From Thermoplasmata archaeon (GTDB lineage: Archaea > Thermoplasmatota > Thermoplasmata > GCA-020350865), in the NCBI GenBank assembly GCA_020348445.1, contig CP070751.1, forward strand, positions 2,444,892 to 2,508,891: a stretch of DNA of 64,000 nt, in the 5' to 3' direction. Both the position numbers and the translations under genes were made by a program. Positions within the stretch are counted from its first letter, which is position 1; every line of letters starts with the position of its first letter. Shown here one piece after another: positions 28,302-37,419 of this stretch. A model generated the notes under the pieces. The model saw only the letters and a program-made list of their open reading frames with translations, made no database searches and was not told where the DNA came from.

Positions 28302-31300
28302 TCATTCAGATGTCCTTATCGCATTGGAAACTTCCATTTTTGAGGCCTTTAATATGGGTATCAGGGCAGAAATCATTGCCACGATGTACGATATCAATAA
28401 TATCCCTGCGACATACAGCCAAGGCCAACTACCAAAATCAATATTCATCCTTAAAAGATAAACACTGGAGGCAATAATCCCACTGAGTGTACCTATGATG
28501 ATTCCTGATAAAATCACATATGAATTCTCCAAGAAAAGAGATTTCATGAGGGTCCCTTTTGAAAATCCTATGGCCCTGAGAATACCCATTTCCCTTCTTC
28601 TCTCAAGGGTGTTTCTTGCGGCGACAATGCCAAAGCCTAGGGTGCCTATTATAAGGCCAAACAATAGAATGACCTGGAATATGGAAATGTAGGTGTTTTC
28701 AATGAGAATATTCTCCACAACCACTGACTCAACTGAATATGCGTCAAAACCATATGCGGAAAGTGCACTCTCAAGTTCAGTCATCTGCGGTTTTAAATTG
28801 CTGGCCTCTGATTTGAAAAGGAACAAATCGTACCCGTTATCAGTGGGATACAGAACATCGAAATTCTCGTCCCAGATTATCAGACTCCCTTGAAATATCG
28901 AGTTTCCTATAATACCCACGATTTTCAAGGATACGGTATTTCCCATCTCGTCCACAATCGTAATTGTGGAGCCCAAATCAAGTCCAAGGATCCATACTAT
29001 TGTATTATAATCCCCAATTGCGGGAATTTCATCGTCTTCCTTTGATTCCTGAAGAAGTAACCAGGGATTATCCTCACCATCCCCCAGATCCTCATGATTG
29101 ATGAAAACGAATGAATTGTCCCAAAAAAAGGATTTGTTGGCTCCTATTAATCTCGGACTTGCTGCCCGATTTAAATTAGAGCATGTGCCCCCCAAATCGC
29201 CTTTGGTTTTGAACTGCGTGATTTCAAGCTCATTAAACACATTCGATGAAATCCCGCTTTTTTGTCTTGAGCCTGAGTCTGCAAGGTCAGCGAATATGGG
29301 ATTCACGCCCTCACCCATTATCTGATAACCTCCCCCGCTTTCTGAAACAGCCTTTTCAACATCGTAAATTGCTCCTTGGAGGTTTATGGTCAGGCTCACC
29401 AAAACGAACAATGTCAAGGAGAAAAGAAATACAGAGAACATAGTTCTTTTTGGTCTTCTGGCAGCGTTCTTAATGGAGAATTGCAAAAGCCATCTCTTTC
29501 CATGTTGTATTGGTATCTCTTTTTCTTCCTTACCATATTCCCACGTTACTTTCACAAGAAAGTGGTGAAAGACAAGTATAAATCCACAAAGCAGCATAAA
29601 TCCGGAAATAAAGAACAGCTCGATTACAGGCACTATATCTGCAAAATAAGAGGTAAGAATTAGTGTATAAATCACCAAGGCCAAACCTGCCCAAAATTCG
29701 ATATTTTTTTTATGTCTTATCCCTATAAATCCCCGTGCAGAAAAAATTAGAATCACAGGCCCCAAACCAAGGGTCACAAATCCTAGTTCGCTTTGAAATC
29801 CATTCCCAATAAGAACGGGCAAAACCAGTATTATCAAACCTATAATCCCAAAAAAGGATGGTAAGAAGATGCTCTTTTTCTCCTCCCTTGCAGACAATCC
29901 ATACCTAAGAGCTCCCGCCACGGTCCTCCTTCCCTCATACCAAAGTGCAAGGAACATAGTAAAAATAGAGATAAGAATCCCCAGAGAGAAACCTACCACC
30001 AGACTATCCAATGTATAATAGAATCTCACCTGTGAACCCTCCATTATGGACGACCAAAAAGTATTCATTCCAGTAATAAGAAAAACTCCAAATAAAAGAC
30101 CTAAAATCACACCAAAGACTCCACCTACAATTGAGAGAATTGTACCCTCCACAAGAAATATATGATTTATTGATCGTTTTCTGAAACCCAGGGCCCTTAA
30201 AGTCGCATTCTCTGTCATCCTGGATTCTATTCTCAAGGTAATTAAAAGTACGATAAGTACGGCTGCCGCGATAATACAGGCTGCGCTGAAGGCGAGGAAC
30301 ATCTGCGTGAAGATATCGATTCCTTGGGCTGATTCAAGGGCATCCAGCTTCACTGCTTTTATCGAGATAGAGGCCTCGTCTGCACCAATGAAATTGTTTA
30401 ATATATCCTCCACTTGTTGTGTCAATTCTGATAAACTCGAGTCCTGCTTAGGTATCATTCTGACCTGGGTAATATTGCCTATATCTGTGTTCCACAGATT
30501 TGTTCCCTGTGCAAAACCAATAAATGCCTTTGGTGTCCCCTCGTAATCCTGCCAATATCTCTCATCGTCATTTGTAATTAAATCCAGGTTCATGGGAAAA
30601 GGCGGGTCCCAGTCGAAGGCGCTCATCTTACCTTCTATTCCTGGAAAGGATGGCATAAGCATTCTGTCATCGGCCTTTCCTTGCATATCTACGATATATT
30701 TTACAGTGAAGTTCTTTGTAAGATACCTAATGTTGTAGAACTCGTCCATAACAGAGTAGTTCATGGCCACTGTGTCCTCAACATCTGCCTGTAATCTTTC
30801 TGCCACCCAATTATTTATAATAATCTCATCTTCCGCCAATGAACCCTCGATTTCCTGGGTGCTTCCATTTAAGGTGAACAAACCGAATTCATTATCGAGA
30901 TTTGGATCAAAGGCTGTTATAGTGGAGTAGGGCACATACCTATCACCCAGGGATAGTGTATTCCAAAAGTAGGTTAAGATTTGTGATGTTGCCTTCAATG
31001 TGGTAATAGAGGGATGGTTGCTTATAAGTTCAAGGTAATCATATGAAAAAAAGATGTCAGCAGACTCCAGTGCCAAGTAATTCTTACCAGTATTTTGAAG
31101 TAACCTGAATCCTGCCTCTTCATAACCAATTGCATCATCGAGGGCGCTTCTTAGAGTTTTAGAAACATCATTGCACAGTTTTTCACCTTCTCTTTCATCT
31201 CCTGTATTAGAGACGAGAATCATGTTCATGGAATCCTCTGAATTGAAAAGCAATTGAAGGCTCTCGATATTCACATATATGTTTTGTGGTGTATTTCTGT

Positions 31301-32006
31301 TGGCATTTAACTGGAACCTTCCCATACCCTCAGAGGAAACGACATCTTTTACCTCCAACTGAACCTTGAGGTTGGTGTTCTTTTGTTCACCCAGGAAAAT
31401 TGCCTCAAATACCTGATCCAATCTGGCAAAGGAAATGTTGATCTTTTCCCCTTTTCCCACACCTATTTCGGATGCTACATCCTCGTTAATGAAAACTTCA
31501 TTTATACCCAGGGAGAAATCAAGTTGTATCCCCTCTACTGATAACATGGAGCCAAATTCAAAAAAGGCTTCGTTGATACCGATTAAGTTGGCTTTTGTTG
31601 TTCTCGCCCCTGTACTTGGGCTTTCAGCAATTCCCTTCATGTAAATTATGGGTGCAAGGTGATCCACATCATCCATGAGGTCATTGTTGTCCATCAAGGA
31701 ATCAAGGATAGAGCCAGAAAACAGTCTGTCTGATGTGATTATCTCATCCACTTCACCCAGATTATCGTAAGCTGCGTCAGTTATACTAGCTCTGAGAGAA
31801 TCCCCTGAGATGAGGGAACCGGTAATTACCAAGGTACTTATGCAGGTTGCAGCTATCAAAGCCAAATTTGTTTTGGCATGGCCCCTAAGAGACCTTATGG
31901 CTATTGTGACTACCTGCGGTTGTAAAATTCCAAGGCCAAGGACTCCAGCCACCGTAATCAGAAATAATACAAATAATATCAGGGCACCAATACCAAGGCC
32001 GCTCAT
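28302..32006 (-). CDS. FtsX/MacB-like ABC transporter permease, tandem (two permease halves)
   Basis: Two large extracytoplasmic regions, each followed by permease signatures (RMTENATLRALGF; RRREMGILRAIGF). No ATPase domain. Confidence 0.85.
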   Translation of the reverse strand: MSGLGIGALILFVLFLITVAGVLGLGILQPQVVTIAIRSLRGHAKTNLALIAATCISTLVITGSLISGDSLRASITDAAYDNLGEVDEIITSDRLFSGSILDSLMDNNDLMDDVDHLAPIIYMKGIAESPSTGARTTKANLIGINEAFFEFGSMLSVEGIQLDFSLGINEVFINEDVASEIGVGKGEKINISFARLDQVFEAIFLGEQKNTNLKVQLEVKDVVSSEGMGRFQLNANRNTPQNIYVNIESLQLLFNSEDSMNMILVSNTGDEREGEKLCNDVSKTLRSALDDAIGYEEAGFRLLQNTGKNYLALESADIFFSYDYLELISNHPSITTLKATSQILTYFWNTLSLGDRYVPYSTITAFDPNLDNEFGLFTLNGSTQEIEGSLAEDEIIINNWVAERLQADVEDTVAMNYSVMDEFYNIRYLTKNFTVKYIVDMQGKADDRMLMPSFPGIEGKMSAFDWDPPFPMNLDLITNDDERYWQDYEGTPKAFIGFAQGTNLWNTDIGNITQVRMIPKQDSSLSELTQQVEDILNNFIGADEASISIKAVKLDALESAQGIDIFTQMFLAFSAACIIAAAVLIVLLITLRIESRMTENATLRALGFRKRSINHIFLVEGTILSIVGGVFGVILGLLFGVFLITGMNTFWSSIMEGSQVRFYYTLDSLVVGFSLGILISIFTMFLALWYEGRRTVAGALRYGLSAREEKKSIFLPSFFGIIGLIILVLPVLIGNGFQSELGFVTLGLGPVILIFSARGFIGIRHKKNIEFWAGLALVIYTLILTSYFADIVPVIELFFISGFMLLCGFILVFHHFLVKVTWEYGKEEKEIPIQHGKRWLLQFSIKNAARRPKRTMFSVFLFSLTLFVLVSLTINLQGAIYDVEKAVSESGGGYQIMGEGVNPIFADLADSGSRQKSGISSNVFNELEITQFKTKGDLGGTCSNLNRAASPRLIGANKSFFWDNSFVFINHEDLGDGEDNPWLLLQESKEDDEIPAIGDYNTIVWILGLDLGSTITIVDEMGNTVSLKIVGIIGNSIFQGSLIIWDENFDVLYPTDNGYDLFLFKSEASNLKPQMTELESALSAYGFDAYSVESVVVENILIENTYISIFQVILLFGLIIGTLGFGIVAARNTLERRREMGILRAIGFSKGTLMKSLFLENSYVILSGIIIGTLSGIIASSVYLLRMNIDFGSWPWLYVAGILLISYIVAMISALIPILKASKMEVSNAIRTSE

Positions 32007-32170
32007 GGTTCTTAAATCACCTAGGTTCTATTTATTTGCTTCGAGAACTGGATTATTATTTGAATAATTATGATTAATTATGCCAGGTTTTTGTATTTCC
32101 AATGGGCTAATAAAACAATAGAAAACCAATAATTATATAAGATATAAATAGAATATATATCAAAAACGTA

Positions 32171-33286
32171 GTGAGTAGTGATAAAATACAAGAGGAAGGT
32201 ATTGAAACTGTCAAATCATTGGTCATATTAGTGATATTTCTAAGCGCTACTTTCACAGTTACAGCGATGATACCATATGAAGATTCTAAAGACAATACAG
32301 AAAAGCCCATGGACAAACCTCTAGAAGAGGAGAGAATAAATTCCCCAGACCCTGAGATTCCTGAGATAGATACTTCAACAGCATGTGAATCACAGGTTAT
32401 AATTACAAAAGACCTGGAGCGATTAATTGAGAAAGTTTCTAGGAAAATTGAATGTAAAAAAGATCCCTGCTACGTTAATGACCGCGACTCATATGAACCG
32501 TACAGTGATGGCTTGGTGGCACCCTTGGCAAATGCAGGGATAGACGAGATTGTTTGGGAGGGAGAACCTGCTTATCTTGATGGCTCAAAATCCAACGATT
32601 CGGATGGTACCATTGTTAAATATTCTTGGTATTTAGATATGGAACTGATAGGCAATTCAGAAACCTTTTTCACCAACCTTACATTGGGAATTCATGACAT
32701 AATGCTAATTGTTGAGGACAATGATGGATTGACAGATGATGATTGGGTGAGAGTTACGGTATATGAAGAGGGTACGAAAGCAAATGGTGCTTCACTCAGT
32801 GGCGCTGTAATAGATGCCAGGACAAGAGAGGGTTTTGATCCCTATATAGTGCTCACCAATGGAGATTTTCAAATATCCACATGGACAGATTTCGGAGGTA
32901 ATTATAGTTTCATTGGTCTTCCGGCGGGACATTACGAGATATTTTGCGAGGCAGAAGGCTACGAGGACTATTATAGTGAAATGGATATAAAATATGACGA
33001 TGAGTTAATTCATGATATTATAATGAATAGAGCCGTTACCAGAATCGAACTATTCTATCCAATGTTCAGACCAGAGCCCAGACGTGTATCGATCATTACC
33101 GTTAACTACACATTTGTAACGAGGAGGAACCTATATCTTGAACCCGACGTAATAGAATTACCAATTTTACGATCAAATTCATCTAATCCTCCACTCCCTA
33201 AGGTAATACGACCTACTCCCCCAAATTTGTATCTGCCCCCTGAACCTCCAAGTATTGATCTTTATTGGGTGAATCGGGATCCTTAA
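32171..33286 (+). CDS. Secreted protein with PKD-like and carboxypeptidase-regulatory-like Ig domains and a Pro-rich end
   Basis: ANAG.D......LDGS.S.DSDGTIVKYSW (PKD); GAVIDA.T......TD..GNYSF.GLPAGHYEI (CarboxypepD_reg-like); N-terminal hydrophobic segment. Confidence 0.7.
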   Translation: MSSDKIQEEGIETVKSLVILVIFLSATFTVTAMIPYEDSKDNTEKPMDKPLEEERINSPDPEIPEIDTSTACESQVIITKDLERLIEKVSRKIECKKDPCYVNDRDSYEPYSDGLVAPLANAGIDEIVWEGEPAYLDGSKSNDSDGTIVKYSWYLDMELIGNSETFFTNLTLGIHDIMLIVEDNDGLTDDDWVRVTVYEEGTKANGASLSGAVIDARTREGFDPYIVLTNGDFQISTWTDFGGNYSFIGLPAGHYEIFCEAEGYEDYYSEMDIKYDDELIHDIIMNRAVTRIELFYPMFRPEPRRVSIITVNYTFVTRRNLYLEPDVIELPILRSNSSNPPLPKVIRPTPPNLYLPPEPPSIDLYWVNRDP

Positions 33287-33303
33287 AATCCTTACACCAA
33301 TGC

Positions 33304-34104
33304 CTACTTTTTAACAATTTCAAGAAGTTTCTCGTGCAAATCACTGTTACCAGCTATAATCAGATTACTCCAATTGGTAACATTGATTTCTTTCTCATCA
33401 AGGCTCATCCCAAAATCGTCTGTTATGATACCCCCTGCTTCCTTTACTATAAGCTGTGCGGAGCTGATGTCCAATAACCTGCAGGTGTCTCTCAGATCCA
33501 CATAACCAGAAAGAGCTCCCTGGGCAACAAAGCATATGTCCAGGGCAACTGAGCCAAAGCACCTGGTTCTATTAGCGACGTTCATTACCTTCATTGCACT
33601 CATCAGGCTCTCGGGAGTATGCGGGTGAAGCTCAAGACCCACAGCACTCAAAATATTTGATTTAGAGGTGGATATCCTTTTTCCATTTAGATAACTGCCT
33701 TTACCTCGTATTGCATGATATTCGTCCCCTGTTACCAGGTTTCGGACATAGCCTACATCGATTCTTCCAATTTTAGCCTCAGAACTTGCCAAGGCAAGTG
33801 AAATAGCAAAAAGTGGTATACCGTCCTTTGCATTTCCAGAGCCATCCAAGGGATCGGCAATGACAATTTCCTGGGCATTTCCCAGCTCAATTACCCCACA
33901 TTCCTCAGAAATCAGTTTAACATTCCCAATATCTTTTAGTTTCTTTAAAATCACATCCTCAACTGCCTTATCAATACCCCGGGTAATATCGCCTCCTGCA
34001 CCCCGCCCAAGTGTTCTTTTAGCCTCTTTTTTCCCTGAGATGCTCAATGCCACCTCTTGAGCTTCTTTTCCTATTTCACTGAATATCTCCAGCCAATTAT
34101 CCAT
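33304..34104 (-). CDS. suhB: Inositol monophosphatase / fructose-1,6-bisphosphatase, archaeal bifunctional type
   Basis: SEE, DPLDGS, R.FGSVALD and D...A motifs. Confidence 0.88.
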   Translation of the reverse strand: MDNWLEIFSEIGKEAQEVALSISGKKEAKRTLGRGAGGDITRGIDKAVEDVILKKLKDIGNVKLISEECGVIELGNAQEIVIADPLDGSGNAKDGIPLFAISLALASSEAKIGRIDVGYVRNLVTGDEYHAIRGKGSYLNGKRISTSKSNILSAVGLELHPHTPESLMSAMKVMNVANRTRCFGSVALDICFVAQGALSGYVDLRDTCRLLDISSAQLIVKEAGGIITDDFGMSLDEKEINVTNWSNLIIAGNSDLHEKLLEIVKK

Positions 34105-34122
34105 TTTTTAATCACCATCTTA

Positions 34123-34653
34123 TCATTTTATTTTAAATTCCCATTCACACCAAAGGTTTTCTTGATGCTTGCCAGGAGGACAAACATTACAATTGACTAT
34201 AATATCCTCGTTAAATTCTTTTACAAAGTTTTTCAGGTATCCCCAGCGGACGTTATTGCATGGAAACTCTGAAAGTCCTTTGGAAAGTCGGGTTTTCTGA
34301 ACACGACAGTCAGTATTCCTGAATAGAGCCCTGTTCTCTTCCTCAATGATTTCCTTGTTCTCCAAATCCAAGGACCAGGATGTGAGCTTTAAGGCTTCAA
34401 TAACTGCATGGATGTCATTTTTCTGAATCCCGAATGTCTCTTTTATCCTCCTTGCCTCGATCTTCCCCATTACCTCCCATACGTTCTTGTCAATCTCAGT
34501 TGCGCTTGCTGTGTCGAACTTATTTTCGATTCCAAGAAAATAAAGACCGTCCACTGTCCAAAGGTTGCGCATCTGCAGAAAGAACAGGTCAATTAGTTTT
34601 TCAGAGGGCATATTTAACATCATATCTCTGTCCAGTTTTCTTGCAGGGTCCAT
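34123..34653 (-). CDS. DUF6125-like protein (V4R-related fold)
   Basis: W.VDGL.F...E.......ID..VW, C.VQ..R..KGL.EFPC and C.VCPP....W-CEW.F pattern. Confidence 0.6.
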   Translation of the reverse strand: MDPARKLDRDMMLNMPSEKLIDLFFLQMRNLWTVDGLYFLGIENKFDTASATEIDKNVWEVMGKIEARRIKETFGIQKNDIHAVIEALKLTSWSLDLENKEIIEEENRALFRNTDCRVQKTRLSKGLSEFPCNNVRWGYLKNFVKEFNEDIIVNCNVCPPGKHQENLWCEWEFKIK

Positions 34654-34658
34654 AAATG

Positions 34659-36032
34659 TCAGTCCTCCACTTTTTCTTTTTGTTGTTCAAAACTCTCCAA
34701 GGCTCTTATGAAGGGATCAGTTAAAAGGCTGAGGGGTGGAGTAAAACAACGCTCTGTAAACAAGAGTTCAGAAATTGTCATTTTATTTTTGATTGCAAGT
34801 GCAATTGCATTTATTCTTTCCTTAACGTCCTCTTCTGATATTATCTGGGCACCCACTAAAAGGTTATCGTGGGCAAGTAATTTGATGTTTATCAGTTTGT
34901 TGTCTGGATAGTAACTTGAGCGTGTTTGTCCTGTTGCCCTGCCAATATTTACCTCGAGCCGGGATTGATTTGCCATATGGGATGTCAGACCAACTGATCC
35001 CACCTGCAAATCTCCGATAACTGTTATAGATGGACTGAGATATCCCTTGATTTTTAAATCACCGCCAGATATGTTCTCTGCAATCATTCTCGCATGTAGA
35101 GCTGCGGTGGATGCCAAGGCACTGATTTTTGGAGTAGAGGTTATTTGATCTCTAACTTCCACACAATCCCCTAAAGCAAAAACATTTTTGAATGGTTGTC
35201 CCTCCCTTTCAACATTCAGAGTTGGATTTACCACTACACCTCCTGATTTACCCACTGCCAAACCAGCTTCTTGTACCAGATCCGAATTTGGCTTAACACC
35301 AGTTGCAATGAGCACCAAATCAGCTGGAAATTCCCCTTCATCTGTGGCCACTGCACTTACTGTTTTCTCTCCTTTAATGGATGATACCCTTGTGGAGCAA
35401 TAAATCTTTATTCCCTTCGTTTTAAGATGCCTTTGTATTATTTCAGCCATATCAAAATCAAGAATCTGGGGAACAATAGACGGAAGCATCTCGATTACTG
35501 TTGTCTTTATTCTATTATGAACAAAGGCAACTGCAGTTTCCAAACCAATAATCCCCGCACCGATAATTACAGCATTACTCGCACTCATCATAGCCTCATT
35601 TAGGATGTTTCCTTCCTCGTAGTTGCTAAGGGTATACACTCCGTCCAATTCAACTCCCTCAATTGGTGGAATAAAGGGCTTCCTACCAGTTGCTATAACC
35701 AAAATATCGTAATCTAGAACCTCACCAGAATTTAAGGTCACCTGTTGATTGTCCAAATCCAAATCAGTTGCTTCACTTTCTGTTTTTAACTCGATTCCCC
35801 TACCTCTGTAAAAATCAGTGGTTTTTAGTATAATATCCTCCATGTACTCAACCTTTCCCTCCATAACAAAGGGCATGCCGCATGGGGAGTAGCTGCCAAT
35901 GGCTTCCTTTTTAATCACAGTGATTTGAAAGTTCCCTTTCTTTTTAGTCAATGCCATGGCTAAAGTCATTCCCGCCACACCGCCACCGACAATAACTATT
36001 TTCTTTTTTTGGACATTTGTATCTTGGCTCAT
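34659..36032 (-). CDS. FAD-dependent pyridine nucleotide-disulfide oxidoreductase (NADH oxidase / CoA-disulfide reductase family)
   Basis: GGGVAG FAD motif, YSPCG redox Cys, ATG, GAGIIG NAD motif, GDC. Confidence 0.9.
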   Translation of the reverse strand: MSQDTNVQKKKIVIVGGGVAGMTLAMALTKKKGNFQITVIKKEAIGSYSPCGMPFVMEGKVEYMEDIILKTTDFYRGRGIELKTESEATDLDLDNQQVTLNSGEVLDYDILVIATGRKPFIPPIEGVELDGVYTLSNYEEGNILNEAMMSASNAVIIGAGIIGLETAVAFVHNRIKTTVIEMLPSIVPQILDFDMAEIIQRHLKTKGIKIYCSTRVSSIKGEKTVSAVATDEGEFPADLVLIATGVKPNSDLVQEAGLAVGKSGGVVVNPTLNVEREGQPFKNVFALGDCVEVRDQITSTPKISALASTAALHARMIAENISGGDLKIKGYLSPSITVIGDLQVGSVGLTSHMANQSRLEVNIGRATGQTRSSYYPDNKLINIKLLAHDNLLVGAQIISEEDVKERINAIALAIKNKMTISELLFTERCFTPPLSLLTDPFIRALESFEQQKEKVED

Positions 36033-36064
36033 GCCTTTACCTCCTTTAGATTATCTTAACCTGA

Positions 36065-36511
36065 TTATGCCTTCTCGCATATCAATCTTTCACCAGTTTT
36101 GCAGTAGTGCTTGAAATGACCAAGCCAGATTGGATCCACTGGAGCCTCCCGCACAAATTCTACGAACCTGTTCAATTGCTTTACAGTCTGAGCAGATACA
36201 TGGTGCTCGATTTGGCATGCGTCCTTCTCGGCATTCTTCTTATTGACTCCAATTATCTCAAGAAATTCTGCAAGGGTCTTGTGGGTCTTTATAAGTTCTT
36301 TAGCAATTTTTTCTCCATCCTTGGTCAAGGTGACTCCGCGGTAGGGCACGTAATTTACCAATTTCTTTTTGGATAACTTTTGTACCATCTCCGTGGCGCT
36401 CGGGGGAGACACACCGAGATTTGCGGCAAGATCATTTGTATGCACATGACCATGCTTTTTTTCTAGGTTATGTATTACCTCGATGTATTCCTCAATGGTC
36501 TTGTTCTTCAT
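36065..36511 (-). CDS. DtxR/MntR-family metal-dependent transcriptional regulator
   Basis: EEY.E.I, LA..LGVSPPS.TEM HTH, H..L.EFL and DACQIEH metal ligands. Confidence 0.92.
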   Translation of the reverse strand: MKNKTIEEYIEVIHNLEKKHGHVHTNDLAANLGVSPPSATEMVQKLSKKKLVNYVPYRGVTLTKDGEKIAKELIKTHKTLAEFLEIIGVNKKNAEKDACQIEHHVSAQTVKQLNRFVEFVREAPVDPIWLGHFKHYCKTGERLICEKA

Positions 36512-36577
36512 TTCCTTCCCTCCTTTTTCGAAATTTTGGTATAATTCAATTTATTTTCTTTATCCATTCTATCACCC

Positions 36578-37219
36578 TCACTCTGTACGGACATATATGT
36601 TAGAGGCGATTTCTTTGTCCACAACAACTTGGGTCCTTCCCACAGAGAACACATAGGATGGGGATCTTTGTATCAGGGTTAATATGCGGCCTGGAAGAAC
36701 TCCCATTGCCATAAGTTTTTTTAACATGTTGTGATCCCGGGTCTGAATATAAATCACAGTGCCCTTTTGTCCCCTTTTTAATTCACTCAATTGATGTATG
36801 ACCTTGCCTGCCATACTTCGACGCTCCCTACAGCAGCGTCCTTTTGGTATCCTGCGGCCATGGGGGCATTCCCTTGGATGGCCAAGCAATGTGCAGACTC
36901 CTTCCTCAACTTCCCCTGAAATCAGAATATGCTCGAATTGACAGGCAGGGGATTCCATTTCTCTCTTGCTCATGCGGATAAGATCGTGGAACAGCCTCTC
37001 TGCAAGCCTATGTCTTCTAATTACTCCTTCGGCCACTTCCTTACCCTTCTTTGTGAACTTTATTCCGTCTTTTTCCTTTTTTATGAGGCCGTTTTCCTTA
37101 AGCTCAGACACTGCCTTTAATTTACCAATATCTTTTTCCTTAAAGTGGCTCTTCTCCTTTTCTATCAAAGAGATCCATAGACTCTCAAGATCTTCTTCTG
37201 CATCCTCTGACAGATTCAT
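36578..37219 (-). CDS. DtxR-type metal-binding protein with a C-terminal FeoA domain
   Basis: RRHRLAERL, ACQFEH, LGHPRECPHG..IP motifs, then FeoA-like L.ELK.G.KG.V...L.AMG.LPG..L. The N-terminal HTH is degenerate. Confidence 0.85.
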   Translation of the reverse strand: MNLSEDAEEDLESLWISLIEKEKSHFKEKDIGKLKAVSELKENGLIKKEKDGIKFTKKGKEVAEGVIRRHRLAERLFHDLIRMSKREMESPACQFEHILISGEVEEGVCTLLGHPRECPHGRRIPKGRCCRERRSMAGKVIHQLSELKRGQKGTVIYIQTRDHNMLKKLMAMGVLPGRILTLIQRSPSYVFSVGRTQVVVDKEIASNIYVRTE

Positions 37220-37419
37220 TTTTTCACCTTCTTTTCTTTTTTTCTTCTTTTACGTATCAACTTGATCAGTTTGGGCTCAGGTAAATATTCGTATCCGCAG
37301 TTTGGGCAGCGAAGTTTGTCACATGAAGAAATCGGACAGGTCGCACATGCACTTCTTCCCTCGTCCAATGAGAACTCAAAACCGCAGAAGGTGCATTTTA
37401 TTTCAGAATCAATGCTCAC
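37216..37419 (-). CDS. Small Cys-rich protein (FeoC-like / zinc ribbon), 67 aa
   Basis: CTFC, CATCP..C, CPNC. GTG 37419 overlaps the feoB stop (GTGA) and its stop overlaps the next ATG (ATGA). Confidence 0.75.
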   Translation of the reverse strand: MSIDSEIKCTFCGFEFSLDEGRSACATCPISSCDKLRCPNCGYEYLPEPKLIKLIRKRRKKEKKVKK

